This document shows positions 1 through 13,550 of a stretch of 64,000 nt of DNA, one piece after another. Location of the stretch: contig OZ024743.1 of the NCBI GenBank assembly GCA_964016885.1, forward strand, positions 276,520,001-276,584,000. Direction: 5' to 3'. A model generated the notes under the pieces. It was given only the letters and a program-made list of their open reading frames with translations, was not told where the DNA came from and ran no database searches. The translations under genes were made by a program, and so were the position numbers. How positions within the stretch are numbered: the stretch's first letter is position 1; each line of letters opens with the position of its first letter. The stretch is from Eledone cirrhosa (Eukaryota).

Positions 1-2308
1 ACCACAAACAACACCACCAGCAGTTGCTAGAAGAAGCAACACTAACACCACAAACAACACCACCAGCAGTTGCTAGAAGGAGCAACACTAACACCACAAA
101 CAACACCACCAGCAGTTGCTAGAAGAAGCAACACTAACACCACAAACAACACCACCAGCAGTTGCTAGAAGAAGGAACACTAACACCACAAACAACACCA
201 CCAGCAGTTGTTAGAAGGAGCAACACTAACGCCACAAACAACACCACCAGCAGTTGCAAGAAGCAACACTAACACCACAAACAACACCACCAGCAGTTGC
301 TAGAAGAAGCAACACTAACACCACAAACAACACCACCAGCAGTTGCTAGAAGAAGCAACACTAACACCAAAAACAACACCACCAGCAGTAGCTAGAACCA
401 ACACTAACACCACAAACAACACCACCAGCAGTTGCTAGAAGAAGCAACACTAACACCACAAACAACACCACCCGCAGTTGCTAGAAGAAGCAACACTAAC
501 ACCACAAACAACACCACAAGCAGTTGCTAGAAGAAGCAACACTAACACCACAAACAACACCACCAGCAGTTGCTAGAAGAAGCAACACTAACCCCACAAA
601 CAACACCACCAGTAGTTGCTAGAAGAAGCAACACTAACACCACAAACAACACCACCAGCAGTAGCTAGAAGAAGCAACACTAACACCACAAACAACATCG
701 CCAGCAGTTGCTAGAAGAAGCAACACTAACACCACAAACAACACCACCAGCAGTAGCTAGAAGAAGCAACACTAACACCACAAACAACACCACCAGCAGT
801 TGCTAGAAGAAGCAACACTAACACCACAAACAACACCACCAGCAGTTGCTAGAAGAAACACTAACACCACAAACAACACCACCAGCAGTTGCTAGAAGAA
901 GCAACACTAACACCACAAACAACACCACCAGCAGTTGCTAGAAGAAGCAACACTAACACCACAAACAACACCACCAGCAGTTGCTAGAAGCAACACTAAC
1001 ACCACAAACAACACCACCAGCAGTTGCTAGAAGAAGCAACACTAACACCACAAACAACACCACCAGCAGTAGCTAGAAGAAGCAACACTAACACCACAAA
1101 CAACACCACCAGCAGTTGCTAGAAGAAGCAACACTAACACCACAAACAACACCACCAGCAGTTGCTAGAAGCAACACTAACACCACAAACAACACCACCA
1201 GCAGTTGCTAGAAGAAGCAACACTAACACCACAAACAACACCAGCATAAGTTGCTAGAAGAAGCAACACTAACACCACAAACAACACCACCAGCAGTTGC
1301 TAGAAGAAGCAACACTAACACCACAAACAACACCACCAGCAGTTGCTAGAAGAAGCAACACTAACACCACAAACAACACCACCAGCAGTTGCTAGAAGGA
1401 GCAACACTAACACCACAAACAACACCACCAGCAGTTGCTAGAAGAAGCAACACTAACACCACAAACAACACCACCAGCAGTTGCTAGAAGAAGGAACACT
1501 AACACCACAAACAACACCACCAGCAGTTGTTAGAAGGAGCAACACTAACGCCACAAACAACACCACCAGCAGTTGCAAGAAGCAACACTAACACCACAAA
1601 CAACACCACCAGCAGTTGCTAGAAGAAGCAACACTAACACCACAAACAACACCACCAGCAGTTGCTAGAAGAAGCAACACTAACACCAAAAACAACACCA
1701 CCAGCAGTAGCTAGAACCAACACTAACACCACAAACAACACCACCAGCAGTTGCTAGAAGAAGCAACACTAACACCACAAACAACACCACCCGCAGTTGC
1801 TAGAAGAAGCAACACTAACACCACAAACAACACCACAAGCAGTTGCTAGAAGAAGCAACACTAACACCACAAACAACACCACCAGCAGTTGCTAGAAGAA
1901 GCAACACTAACCCCACAAACAACACCACCAGTAGTTGCTAGAAGAAGCAACACTAACACCACAAACAACACCACCAGCAGTAGCTAGAAGAAGCAACACT
2001 AACACCACAAACAACATCGCCAGCAGTTGCTAGAAGAAGCAACACTAACACCACAAACAACACCACCAGCAGTAGCTAGAAGAAGCAACACTAACACCAC
2101 AAACAACACCACCAGCAGTTGCTAGAAGAAGCAACACTAACACCACAAACAACACCACCAGCAGTTGCTAGAAGAAACACTAACACCACAAACAACACCA
2201 CCAGCAGTTGCTAGAAGAAGCAACACTAACACCACAAACAACACCACCAGCAGTTGCTAGAAGAAGCAACACTAACACCACAAACAACACCACCAGCAGT
2301 TGCTAGAA
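1..2308. repeat. Higher-order duplication, period 1,319 bp (29 monomers minus five 3-bp deletions)
   Basis: GCTAGAAGG 72/1391, TAACACCAAAAAC 362/1681, CCCGC 471/1790 and CACCACAAG 512/1831 all lie at +1319. Correspondence ends near 990/2309. Confidence 0.9.
23..40. other. Inverted repeat within each monomer: GTTGCT-AGAAGA-AGCAAC (6-bp stem, 6-nt loop); first instance shown
   Basis: AGCAAC is the exact reverse complement of GTTGCT. It is present in every consensus monomer. Confidence 0.9.
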
Positions 2309-5300
2309 GAAGCAACACTAACACCACAAACAACACCACCAGCAGTTGCTAGAAGAAGCAACACTAACACCACAAACAACACCACCAGCAGTTGCTAGAA
2401 GAAGCAACACTAACCCCACAAACAACACCACCAGTAGTTGCTAGAAGAAGCAACACTAACACCACCAGCAGTTGCTAGAAGCAACACTAACACCACAAAC
2501 AACACCACCAGCAGTTGCTAGAAGAAGCAACACTAACACCACAAACAACACCACCAGCAGTTGCTAGAAGAAGCAACACTAACCCCACAAACAACACCAC
2601 CAGTAGTTGCTAGCAGAAGCAACACTAACACCACAAACAACACCACCAGCAGTTGCTAGAAGCAACACTAACACCACAAACAACACCACCAGCAGTTGCT
2701 AGAAGAAGCAACACTAACACCACAAACAACACCACCAGCAGTTGCTAGAAGAAGCAACACTAATACCACAAACAACACCACCAGCAGTAGCTAGAAGAAG
2801 CAACACTAACACCACAAACAACACCACCAGCAGTTGCTAGAAGAAGCAGCACTAACACCACAAACAACACCACCAGCAGTTGCTAGAAGCAACACTAACA
2901 CCACAAACAACACCACCAGCAGTTGCTAGAAGAAGCAACACTAACACCACAAACAACACCACCAGCAGTAGCTAGAAGAAGCAACACTAACACCACAAAC
3001 AACACCACCAGCAGTTGCTAGAAGAAGCAACACTAACACCACCAGCAGTTGCTAGAAGCAACACTAACACCACAAACAACACCACCAGCAGTTGCTAGAA
3101 GAAGCAACACTAACACCACAAACAACACCAGCATAAGTTGCTAGAAGAAGCAACACTAACAGCACAAACAACACCACCAGCAGTTGCTAGAAGAAGCAAC
3201 ACTAACACCACAAACAACACCACCAGCAGTTGCTAGAAGAAGCAACACTAACACCACAAACAACACCACCAGCAGTTGCTAGAAGCAACACTAACACCAC
3301 AAACAACACCACCAGCAGTTGCTAGAAGAAGCAACACTAACACCACAAACAAACCAGCAGCAGTTGCTAGAAGAAGCAACACTAACACCACAAACAACAC
3401 CACCAGCAGTTGCTAGAAGAAGCAACACTAACACCACAAACAACACCACCAGCAGTTGCTAGAAGAAGCAACACTAACACCACAAACAACACCACCAGCA
3501 GTTGCTAGAAGAAGGAACACTAACACCACAAACAACACCACCAGCAGTTGCTAGAAGGAGCAACACTAACGCCACAAACAACACCACCAGCAGTTGCAAG
3601 AAGCAACACTAACACCACAAACAACACCACCAGCAGTTGCTAGAAGAAGCAACACTAACACCACAAACAACACCACCAGCAGTTGCTAGAAGAAGCAACA
3701 CTAACACCACAAACAACACCACCAGCAGTAGCTAGAACCAACACTAACACCACAAACAACACCACCAGCAGTTGCTAGAAGAAGCAACACTAACACCACA
3801 AACAACACCACCAGCAGTTGCTAGGAGAAGCAACACTAACACCACAAACAACACCAGCAGCAGTAGATAGAAGAAGCAACACTAACACCACAAACAACAC
3901 CACCAGCAGTAGCTAGAAGAAGCAACACTAACACCACAAACAACACCACCAGCAGTAGATAGAAGAAGCAACACTAACACCACAAACAACACCACCAGCA
4001 GTAGCTAGAAGAAGCAACACTAACACCACAAACAACACCATCAGCAGTTGCTAGAAGAAGCAACACTAACACCACAAACAACACCACTAGCAGTAGCTAG
4101 AAGAAGCAACACTAACACCACAAACAACACCACCAGCAGTTGTTAGAAGAAGCAACACTAACACCACAAACAACACCACCAGCAGTTGCTAGAAGCAACA
4201 CTAACACCACAAACAACACCACCAGCAGTTGCTAGAAGAAACAACACTAACACCACAAACAACATCACCAGCAGTTGCTAGATGAAGCAACACTAACACC
4301 ACAAACAACACCACCAGCAGTTGCTAGAAGAAGCAACACTAACACCACAAACAACACCACCAGCAGTAGCTAGAAGAAGCAACACTAACACCACAAAAAA
4401 CACCACCAGCAGTAGCTAGAAGAAGCAACACTAACACCACAAACAACATCACCAGCAGTTGCTAAAAGAAGCAACACTAACACCACAAACAACACCACCA
4501 GCAGTTGCTAGAAGAAGCAACACTAACACCACAAAAAACACCACCAGCAGTTACTAGAAGAAGCAACACTAACACCACAAACAACACCACCAGCAGTTGC
4601 TAGAAGAAGCAACACTAACACCACAAACAACACCACCAGCAGTTGCTAGAAGAAGCAACACTAACACCACAAACAACAGCACCAGCAGTTGCTAGAAGAA
4701 GCAACACTAACACCACAAACAACACCACCAGCAGTTGCTAGAAGAAGGAACACTAACACCACAAACAACACCACCAGCAGTAGCTAAAAGAAGCAACACT
4801 AACACCACAAACAACATCACCAGCAGTTGCTAGAAGAAGCAACACTAACACCACAAACAACACCACCAGCAGTTGCTAGAAGGAGCAACACTAACACCAC
4901 AAACAACACCACCAGCAGTTGCTAGAAGAAGCAACACTAACACCACAAACAACACCATCAGCAGTTGTTAGAAGAAGCAACACTAACACCACAAACAACA
5001 CCACCAGCAGTAGCTAGAACCAACACTAACACCACAAACAACACCACCAGCAGTTGCTAGAAGAAGCAACACTAACACCACAAACAACACCACCAGCAGT
5101 TGCTAGAAGAAGCAACACTAACACCACAAACAACACCACCAGCAGTAGCTAGAAGAAGCAACACTAACACCACAAACAACACCACCTGCAGTAAATAGAA
5201 GAAGCAACACTAACACCTCAAACAACACCACCAGCAGTAGCTAGAAGAAGCAACACTAACACCACAAACAACACCATCAGCAGTTGTTAGAAGAAGCAAC

Positions 5301-5499
5301 ACTAACACCACAAACAACACCACTAGCAGTAGCTAGAAGAAGCAACACTAACACCACAAACAACACCACCAGCAGTTGTTAGAAGAAGCAACACTAACAC
5401 CACAAACAACACCACCAGCAGTTGCTAGAAGCAACACTAACACCATAAACAACACCACCAGCAGTTGCTAGAAGAAACAACACTAACACCACAAACAAC

Positions 5500-8100
5500 A
5501 CCACCAGCAGTTGCTAGAAGGAGCAACACTAACGCCACAAACAACACCACCAGCAGTTGCAAGAAGCAACACTAACACCACAAACAACACCACCAGCAGT
5601 TGCTAGAAGAAGCAACACTAACACCACAAACAACACCACCAGCAGTTGCTAGAAGAAGCAACACTAACACTACAAACAACACCACCAGCAGTAGCTAGAA
5701 GAAGCAACACTAACACCACAAACAACACCACCAGCAGTAAATAGAAGAAGCAACACTAACACCACAAACAACACCACCAGCAGTAGCTAGGAGAAGCAAC
5801 ACTAACACCACAAACAACACCATCAGCAGTTGCTAGAAGAAGCAACACTAACACCACAAACAACACCACCAGCAGTTGCTAGAAGCAACATTATCACCAC
5901 AAACAACACCACCAGCAGTAGCTAGAAGAAGCAACACTAACACCACAAACAACACCACCAGCAGTAGCTAGAAGAAGCAACACTAACACCACAAACAACA
6001 TCACCAGCAGTTGCTAAAAGAAGCAACACTAACACCACAAACAACACCACCAGCAGTTGCTAGAAGAAGCAACACTAACACCACAAAAAACACCACCAGC
6101 AGTTGCTAGAAGAAGCAGCACTAACACCACAAAAAACACCACCAGCAGTAGCTAGAAGAAGCAACACTAACACCACAAACAACATCACCAGCATTTGCTA
6201 GAAGAAGCAACACTAACACCACAAACAACACCACCAGCAGTTGCTAGGAGAAGCCACACTAACACCACAAACAACAGCACCAGCAGTTGCTAGAAGAAGC
6301 AACACTAACACCACAAACAACACCACCAGCAGTTGCTAGAAGAAGGAACACTAACACCACAAACAACACCACCAGCAGTAGCTAAAAGAAGCAACACTAA
6401 CACCACAAACAACATCACCAGCAGTTGCTAGAAGAAGCAACACTAACACCACAAACAACACCACCAGCAGTTGCTAGAAGGAGCAACACTAACACCACAA
6501 ACAACACCACCAGCAGTTGCTAGAAGAAGCAACACTAACACCACAAACAACACCACCAGCAGTTGCTAGAAGGAGCAACACTAACACCACAAACAACACC
6601 ACCAGCAGTTGCTAGAAGAAGCAACACTAACACCACAAACAACACCACCAGCAGTTGCTAGAAGAAGCAACACTAACACCACAAACAACACCAGCAGCAG
6701 TAGATAGAAGAAGCAACACTAACACCACAAACAACACCACCAGCAGTAGCTAGAAGAAGCAACACTAACACCACAAACAACACCACCAGCAGTTGCTAGA
6801 AGAAGCAACACTAACACCACAAACAACACCACCAGCAGTTGCTAGAAGGAGCAACACTAACGCCACAAACAACACCACCAGCAGTTGCAAGAAGCAACAC
6901 TAACACCACAAACAACACCACCAGCAGTTGCTAGAAGAAGCAACACTAACACCACAAACAACACCACCAGCAGTTGCTAGAAGAAGCAACACTAACACTA
7001 CAAACAACACCACCAGCAGTAGCTAGAAGAAGCAACACTAACACCACAAACAACACCAGCAGCAGTAAATAGAAGAAGCAACACTAACACCACAAACAAC
7101 ACCACCAGCAGTAGCTAGGAGAAGCAACACTAACACCACAAACAACACCATCAGCAGTTGCTAGAAGAAGCAACACTAACACCACAAACAACACCACCAG
7201 CAGTTGCTAGAAGCAACACTATCACCACAAACAACACCACCAGCAGTAGCTAGAAGAAGCAACACTAACACCACAAACAACACCACCAGCAGTAGCTAGA
7301 AGAAGCAACACTAACACCACAAACAACACCACCAGCAGTTGCTAGAAGAAGCAACACTAACACCACAAAAAACACCACCAGCAGTTGCTAGAAGAAGCAG
7401 CACTAACACCACAAAAAACACCACCAGCAGTAGCTAGAAGAAGCAACACTAACACCACAAACAACATCACCAGCATTTGCTAGAAGAAGCAACACTAACA
7501 CCACAAACAACACCACCAGCAGTTGCTAGGAGAAGCCACACTAACACCACAAACAACAGCACCAGCAGTTGCTAGAAGAAGCAACACTAACACCACAAAC
7601 AACACCACCAGCAGTTGCTAGAAGAAGGAACACTAACACCACAAACAACACCACCAGCAGTAGCTAAAAGAAGCAACACTAACACCACAAACAACATCAC
7701 CAGCAGTTGCTAGAAGAAGCAACACTAACACCACAAACAACACCACCAGCAGTTGCTAGAAGGAGCAACACTAACACCACAAACAACACCACCAGCAGTT
7801 GCTAGAAGAAGCAACACTAACACCACAAACAACACCACCAGCAGTTGCTAGAAGGAGCAACACTAACACCACAAACAACACCACCAGCAGTTGCTAGAAG
7901 AAGCAACACTAACACCACAAACAACACCACCAGCAGTTGCTAGAAGAAGCAACACTAACACCACAAACAACACCAGCAGCAGTAGATAGAAGAAGCAACA
8001 CTAACACCACAAACAACACCACCAGCAGTAGCTAGAAGAAGCAACACTAACACCACAAACAACACCACCAGCAGTTGCTAGAAGAAGCAACACTAACACC
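5500..8100. repeat. Tandem higher-order duplication, period 1,328 bp dropping to 1,282 bp (one monomer fewer in copy 2)
   Basis: TACAAAC variant 5671/6999 (+1328) and GCATTTGC 6191/7473 (+1282). The order of intervening variants is the same in both copies. Confidence 0.85.
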
Positions 8101-10199
8101 ACAAACAACACCACCAGCAGTTGCTAGAAGAAGCAACACTAACACCGCAAACAACACCAGCAGCAGTAGATAGAAGAAGCAACACTAACACCACAAACAA
8201 CACCACCAGCAGTAGCTAGAAGAAGCAACACTAACACCACAAACAACACCACCAGCAGTAGATAGAAGAAGCAACACTAACACCACAAACAACACCACCA
8301 GCAGTTGCTAGAAGCAACACTAACACCACAAACAACACCACCAGCAGTTGCTAGAAGAATCAACACTAACACCACAAACAACACCACCAGCAGTTGCTAG
8401 AAGAAGCAACACTAACACCACAAACAACACCACCAGCAGTTGCTAGAAGAAGCAACACTAACACCACAAACAACACCACCAGCAGTTGCTAGAAGAAGCA
8501 ACACTAACACCACAAACAACACCACCAGCAGTTGCTAGAAGAAGGAACACTAACACCACAAACAACACCACCAGCAGTAGCTAAAAGAAGCAACACTAAC
8601 ACCACAAACAACACCACCAGCAGTTGCTAGAAGGAGCAACACTAACACCACAAACAACACCACCAGCAGTTGCTAGAAGCAACACTAACACCACAAACAA
8701 CACCACCAGCAGTTGATAGAAGAAACAACACTAACACCACAAACAACATCACCAGCAGTTGCTAGAAGAAGCAACACTAACACCACAAACAACACCACCA
8801 GCAGTTGCTAGAAGAAGCAACACTAACACCACAAACAACACCACCAGCAGTAGCTAGAAGAAGCAACACTAACACCACAAACAACACCACCAGCAGTAGC
8901 TAGAAGAAGCAACACTAACACCACAAACAACATCACCAGCAGTTGCTAAAAGAAGCAACACTAACACCACAAACAACACCACCAGCAGTTGCTAGAAGAA
9001 GCAACACTAACACCACAAAAAACACCACCAGCAGTTGCTAGAAGATGCAACACTAACACCACAAACAACACCACCAGCAGTAGCTAGAAGAAGCAACACT
9101 AACACCACAAACAACATCACCAGCAGTTGCTAGAAGAAGCAACACTAACACCACAAACAACACCACCAGCAGTTGCTAGAAGAAGCAACACTAACACCAC
9201 AAACAACACCACCAGCAGTTGCTAGAAGAAGCAACACTAACACCACAAACAACACCACCAGCAGTTGCTAGAAGAAGCAACACTAACCCCACAAACAACA
9301 CCACCAGTAGTTGCTAGAAGAAGCAACACTAACACCACAAACAACACCACCAGCAGTAGCTAGAAGAAGCAACACTAACACCACAAACAACATCGCCAGC
9401 AGTTGCTAGAAGAAGCAACACTAACACCACAAACAACACCACCAGCAGTAGCTAGAAGAAGCAACACTAACACCACAAACAACACCACCAGCAGTTGCTA
9501 GAAGAAGCAACACTAACACCACAAACAACACCACCAGCAGTTGCTAGAAGAAACACTAACACCACAAACAACACCACCAGCAGTTGCTAGAAGAAGCAAC
9601 ACTAACACCACAAACAACACCACCAGCAGTTGCTAGAAGAAGCAACACTAACACCACAAACAACACCACCAGCAGTTGCTAGAAGAAGCAACACTAACAC
9701 CACAAACAACACCACCAGCAGTTGCTAGAAGAAGCAACACTAACACCACAAACAACACCACCAGCAGTTGCTAGAAGAAGCAACACTAACCCCACAAACA
9801 ACACCACCAGTAGTTGCTAGAAGAAGCAGCACTAACACCACCAGCAGTTGCTAGAAGCAACACTAACACCACAAACAACACCACCAGCAGTTGCTAGAAG
9901 AAGCAACACTAACACCACAAACAACACCACCAGCAGTTGCTAGAAGAAGCAACACTAACCCCACAAACAACACCACCAGTAGTTGCTAGCAGAAGCAACA
10001 CTAACACCACAAACAACACCACCAGCAGTTGCTAGAAGCAACACTAACACCACAAACAACACCACCAGCAGTTGCTAGAAGAAGCAACACTAACACCACA
10101 AACAACACCACCAGCAGTTGCTAGAAGAAGCAACACTAATACCACAAACAACACCACCAGCAGTAGCTAGAAGAAGCAACACTAACACCACAAACAACA

Positions 10200-13100
10200 C
10201 CACCAGCAGTTGCTAGAAGAAGCAACACTAACACCACAAACAACACCACCAGCAGTTGCTAGAAGCAACACTAACACCACAAACAACACCACCAGCAGTT
10301 GCTAGAAGAAGCAACACTAACACCACAAACAACACCACCAGCAGTAGCTAGAAGAAGCAACACTAACACCACAAACAACACCACCAGCAGTTGCTAGAAG
10401 AAGCAACACTAACACCACCAGCAGTTGCTAGAAGCAACACTAACACCACAAACAACACCACCAGCAGTTGCTAGAAGAAGCAACACTAACACCACAAACA
10501 ACACCAGCATAAGTTGCTAGAAGAAGCAACACTAACACCACAAACAACACCACCAGCAGTTGCTAGAAGAAGCAACACTAACACCACAAACAACACCACC
10601 AGCAGTTGCTAGAAGAAGCAACACTAACACCACAAACAACACCACCAGCAGTTGCTAGAAGCAACACTAACACCACAAACAACACCACCAGCAGTTGCTA
10701 GAAGAAGCAACACTAACACCACAAACAAACCAGCAGCAGTTGCTAGAAGAAGCAACACTAACACCACAAACAACACCACCAGCAGTTGCTAGAAGAAGCA
10801 ACACTAACACCACAAACAACACCACCAGCAGTTGCTAGAAGAAGCAACACTAACACCACAAACAACACCACCAGCAGTTGCTAGAAGAAGGAACACTAAC
10901 ACCACAAACAACACCACCAGCAGTTGCTAGAAGGAGCAACACTAACGCCACAAACAACACCACCAGCAGTTGCAAGAAGCAACACTAACACCACAAACAA
11001 CACCACCAGCAGTTGCTAGAAGAAGCAACACTAACACCACAAACAACACCACCAGCAGTTGCTAGAAGAAGCAACACTAACACCACAAACAACACCACCA
11101 GCAGTAGCTAGAACCAACACTAACACCACAAACAACACCACCAGCAGTTGCTAGAAGAAGCAACACTAACACCACAAACAACACCACCAGCAGTTGCTAG
11201 AAGAAGCAACACTAATACCACAAACAACACCACCAGCAGTAGCTAGAAGAAGCAACACTAACACCACAAACAACACCACCAGCAGTTGCTAGAAGAAGCA
11301 ACACTAACACCACAAACAACACCACCAGCAGTTGCTAGAAGCAACACTAACACCACAAACAACACCACCAGCAGTTGCTAGAAGAAGCAACACTAACACC
11401 ACAAACAACACCACCAGCAGTAGCTAGAAGAAGCAACACTAACACCACAAACAACACCACCAGCAGTTGCTAGAAGAAGCAACACTAACACCACCAGCAG
11501 TTGCTAGAAGCAACACTAACACCACAAACAACACCACCAGCAGTTGCTAGAAGAAGCAACACTAACACCACAAACAACACCACCAGCAGTTGCTAGAAGA
11601 AGCAACACTAACACCACAAACAACACCACCAGCAGTTGCTAGAAGAAGCAACACTAACACCACAAACAACACCACCAGCAGTAGCTAGAAGAAGCAACAC
11701 TAACACCACAAACAACACCACCAGCAGTTGCTAGAAGAAGCAACACTAACACCACCAGCAGTTGCTAGAAGCAACACTAACACCACAAACAACACCACCA
11801 GCAGTTGCTAGAAGAAGCAACACTAACACCACAAACAACACCAGCATAAGTTGCTAGAAGAAGCAACACTAACACCACAAACAACACCACCAGCAGTTGC
11901 TAGAAGAAGCAACACTAACACCACAAACAACACCACCAGCAGTTGCTAGAAGAAGCAACACTAACACCACAAACAACACCACCAGCAGTTGCTAGAAGCA
12001 ACACTAACACCACAAACAACACCACCAGCAGTTGCTAGAAGAAGCAACACTAACACCACAAACAAACCAGCAGCAGTTGCTAGAAGAAGCAACACTAACA
12101 CCACAAACAACACCACCAGCAGTTGCTAGAAGAAGCAACACTAACACCACAAACAACACCACCAGCAGTTGCTAGAAGAAGCAACACTAACACCACAAAC
12201 AACACCACCAGCAGTTGCTAGAAGAAGCAACACTAACACCACAAACAACACCACCAGCAGTTGCTAGAAGAAGGAACACTAACACCACAAACAACACCAC
12301 CAGCAGTTGCTAGAAGGAGCAACACTAACGCCACAAACAACACCACCAGCAGTTGCAAGAAGCAACACTAACACCACAAACAACACCACCAGCAGTTGCT
12401 AGAAGAAGCAACACTAACACCACAAACAACACCACCAGCAGTTGCTAGAAGAAGCAACACTAACACCACAAACAACACCACCAGCAGTAGCTAGAACCAA
12501 CACTAACACCACAAACAACACCACCAGCAGTTGCTAGAAGAAGCAACACTAACACCACAAACAACACCACCAGCAGTTGCTAGAAGAAGCAACACTAATA
12601 CCACAAACAACACCACCAGCAGTAGCTAGAAGAAGCAACACTAACACCACAAACAACACCACCAGCAGTTGCTAGAAGAAGCAACACTAACACCACAAAC
12701 AACACAACCAGCAGTTGCTAGAAGCAACACTAACACCACAAACAACACCACCAGCAGTTGCTAGAAGAAGCAACACTAACACCACAAACAACACCACCAG
12801 CAGTAGCTAGAAGAAGCAACACTAACACCACAAACAACACCACCAGCAGTTGCTAGAAGAAGCAACACTAACACCACCAGCAGTTGCTAGAAGCAACACT
12901 AACACCACAAACAACACCACCAGCAGTTGCTAGAAGAAGCAACACTAACACCACAAACAACACCACCAGCAGTTGCTAGAAGAAGCAACACTAACACCAC
13001 AAACAACACCACCAGCAGTAGCTAGAAGAAGTAACACTAACACCACAAACAACACCACCAGCAGTTGCTAGAAGAAGCAACACTAACACCACCAGCAGTT

Positions 13101-13550
13101 GCTAGAAGCAACACTAACACCACAAACAACACCACCAGCAGTTGCTAGAAGAAGCAACACTAACACCACAAACAACACCAGCATAAGTTGCTAGAAGAAG
13201 CAACACTAACACCACAAACAACACCACCAGCAGTTGCTAGAAGAAGCAACACTAACACCACAAACAACACCACCAGCAGTTGCTAGAAGAAGCAACACTA
13301 ACACCACAAACAACACCACCAGCAGTTGCTAGAAGCAACACTAACACCACAAACAACACCACCAGCAGTTGCTAGAAGAAGCAACACTAACACCACAAAC
13401 AAACCAGCAGCAGTTGCTAGAAGAAGCAACACTAACACCACAAACAACACCACCAGCAGTTGCTAGAAGAAGCAACACTAACACCACAAACAACACCACC
13501 AGCAGTTGCTAGAAGAAGCAACACTAACACCACAAACAACACCACCAGCA
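10200..13550. repeat. Higher-order repeat, about 1,337-bp period, three marker copies
   Basis: The GCATAAG variant sits at 10507, 11844 and 13181 (spacing 1337, 1337). Each is preceded by a 31-bp dwarf monomer and followed by the 45-bp AAACCAGCAGCAG monomer. Confidence 0.8.

Noticed and set aside
23-66. Tandem mini-introns (GT...CTAAC...CAG in each unit)
   Set aside because: GTTGCT is not a 5' splice-site consensus, there is no polypyrimidine tract, and exons would be only 2 nt.
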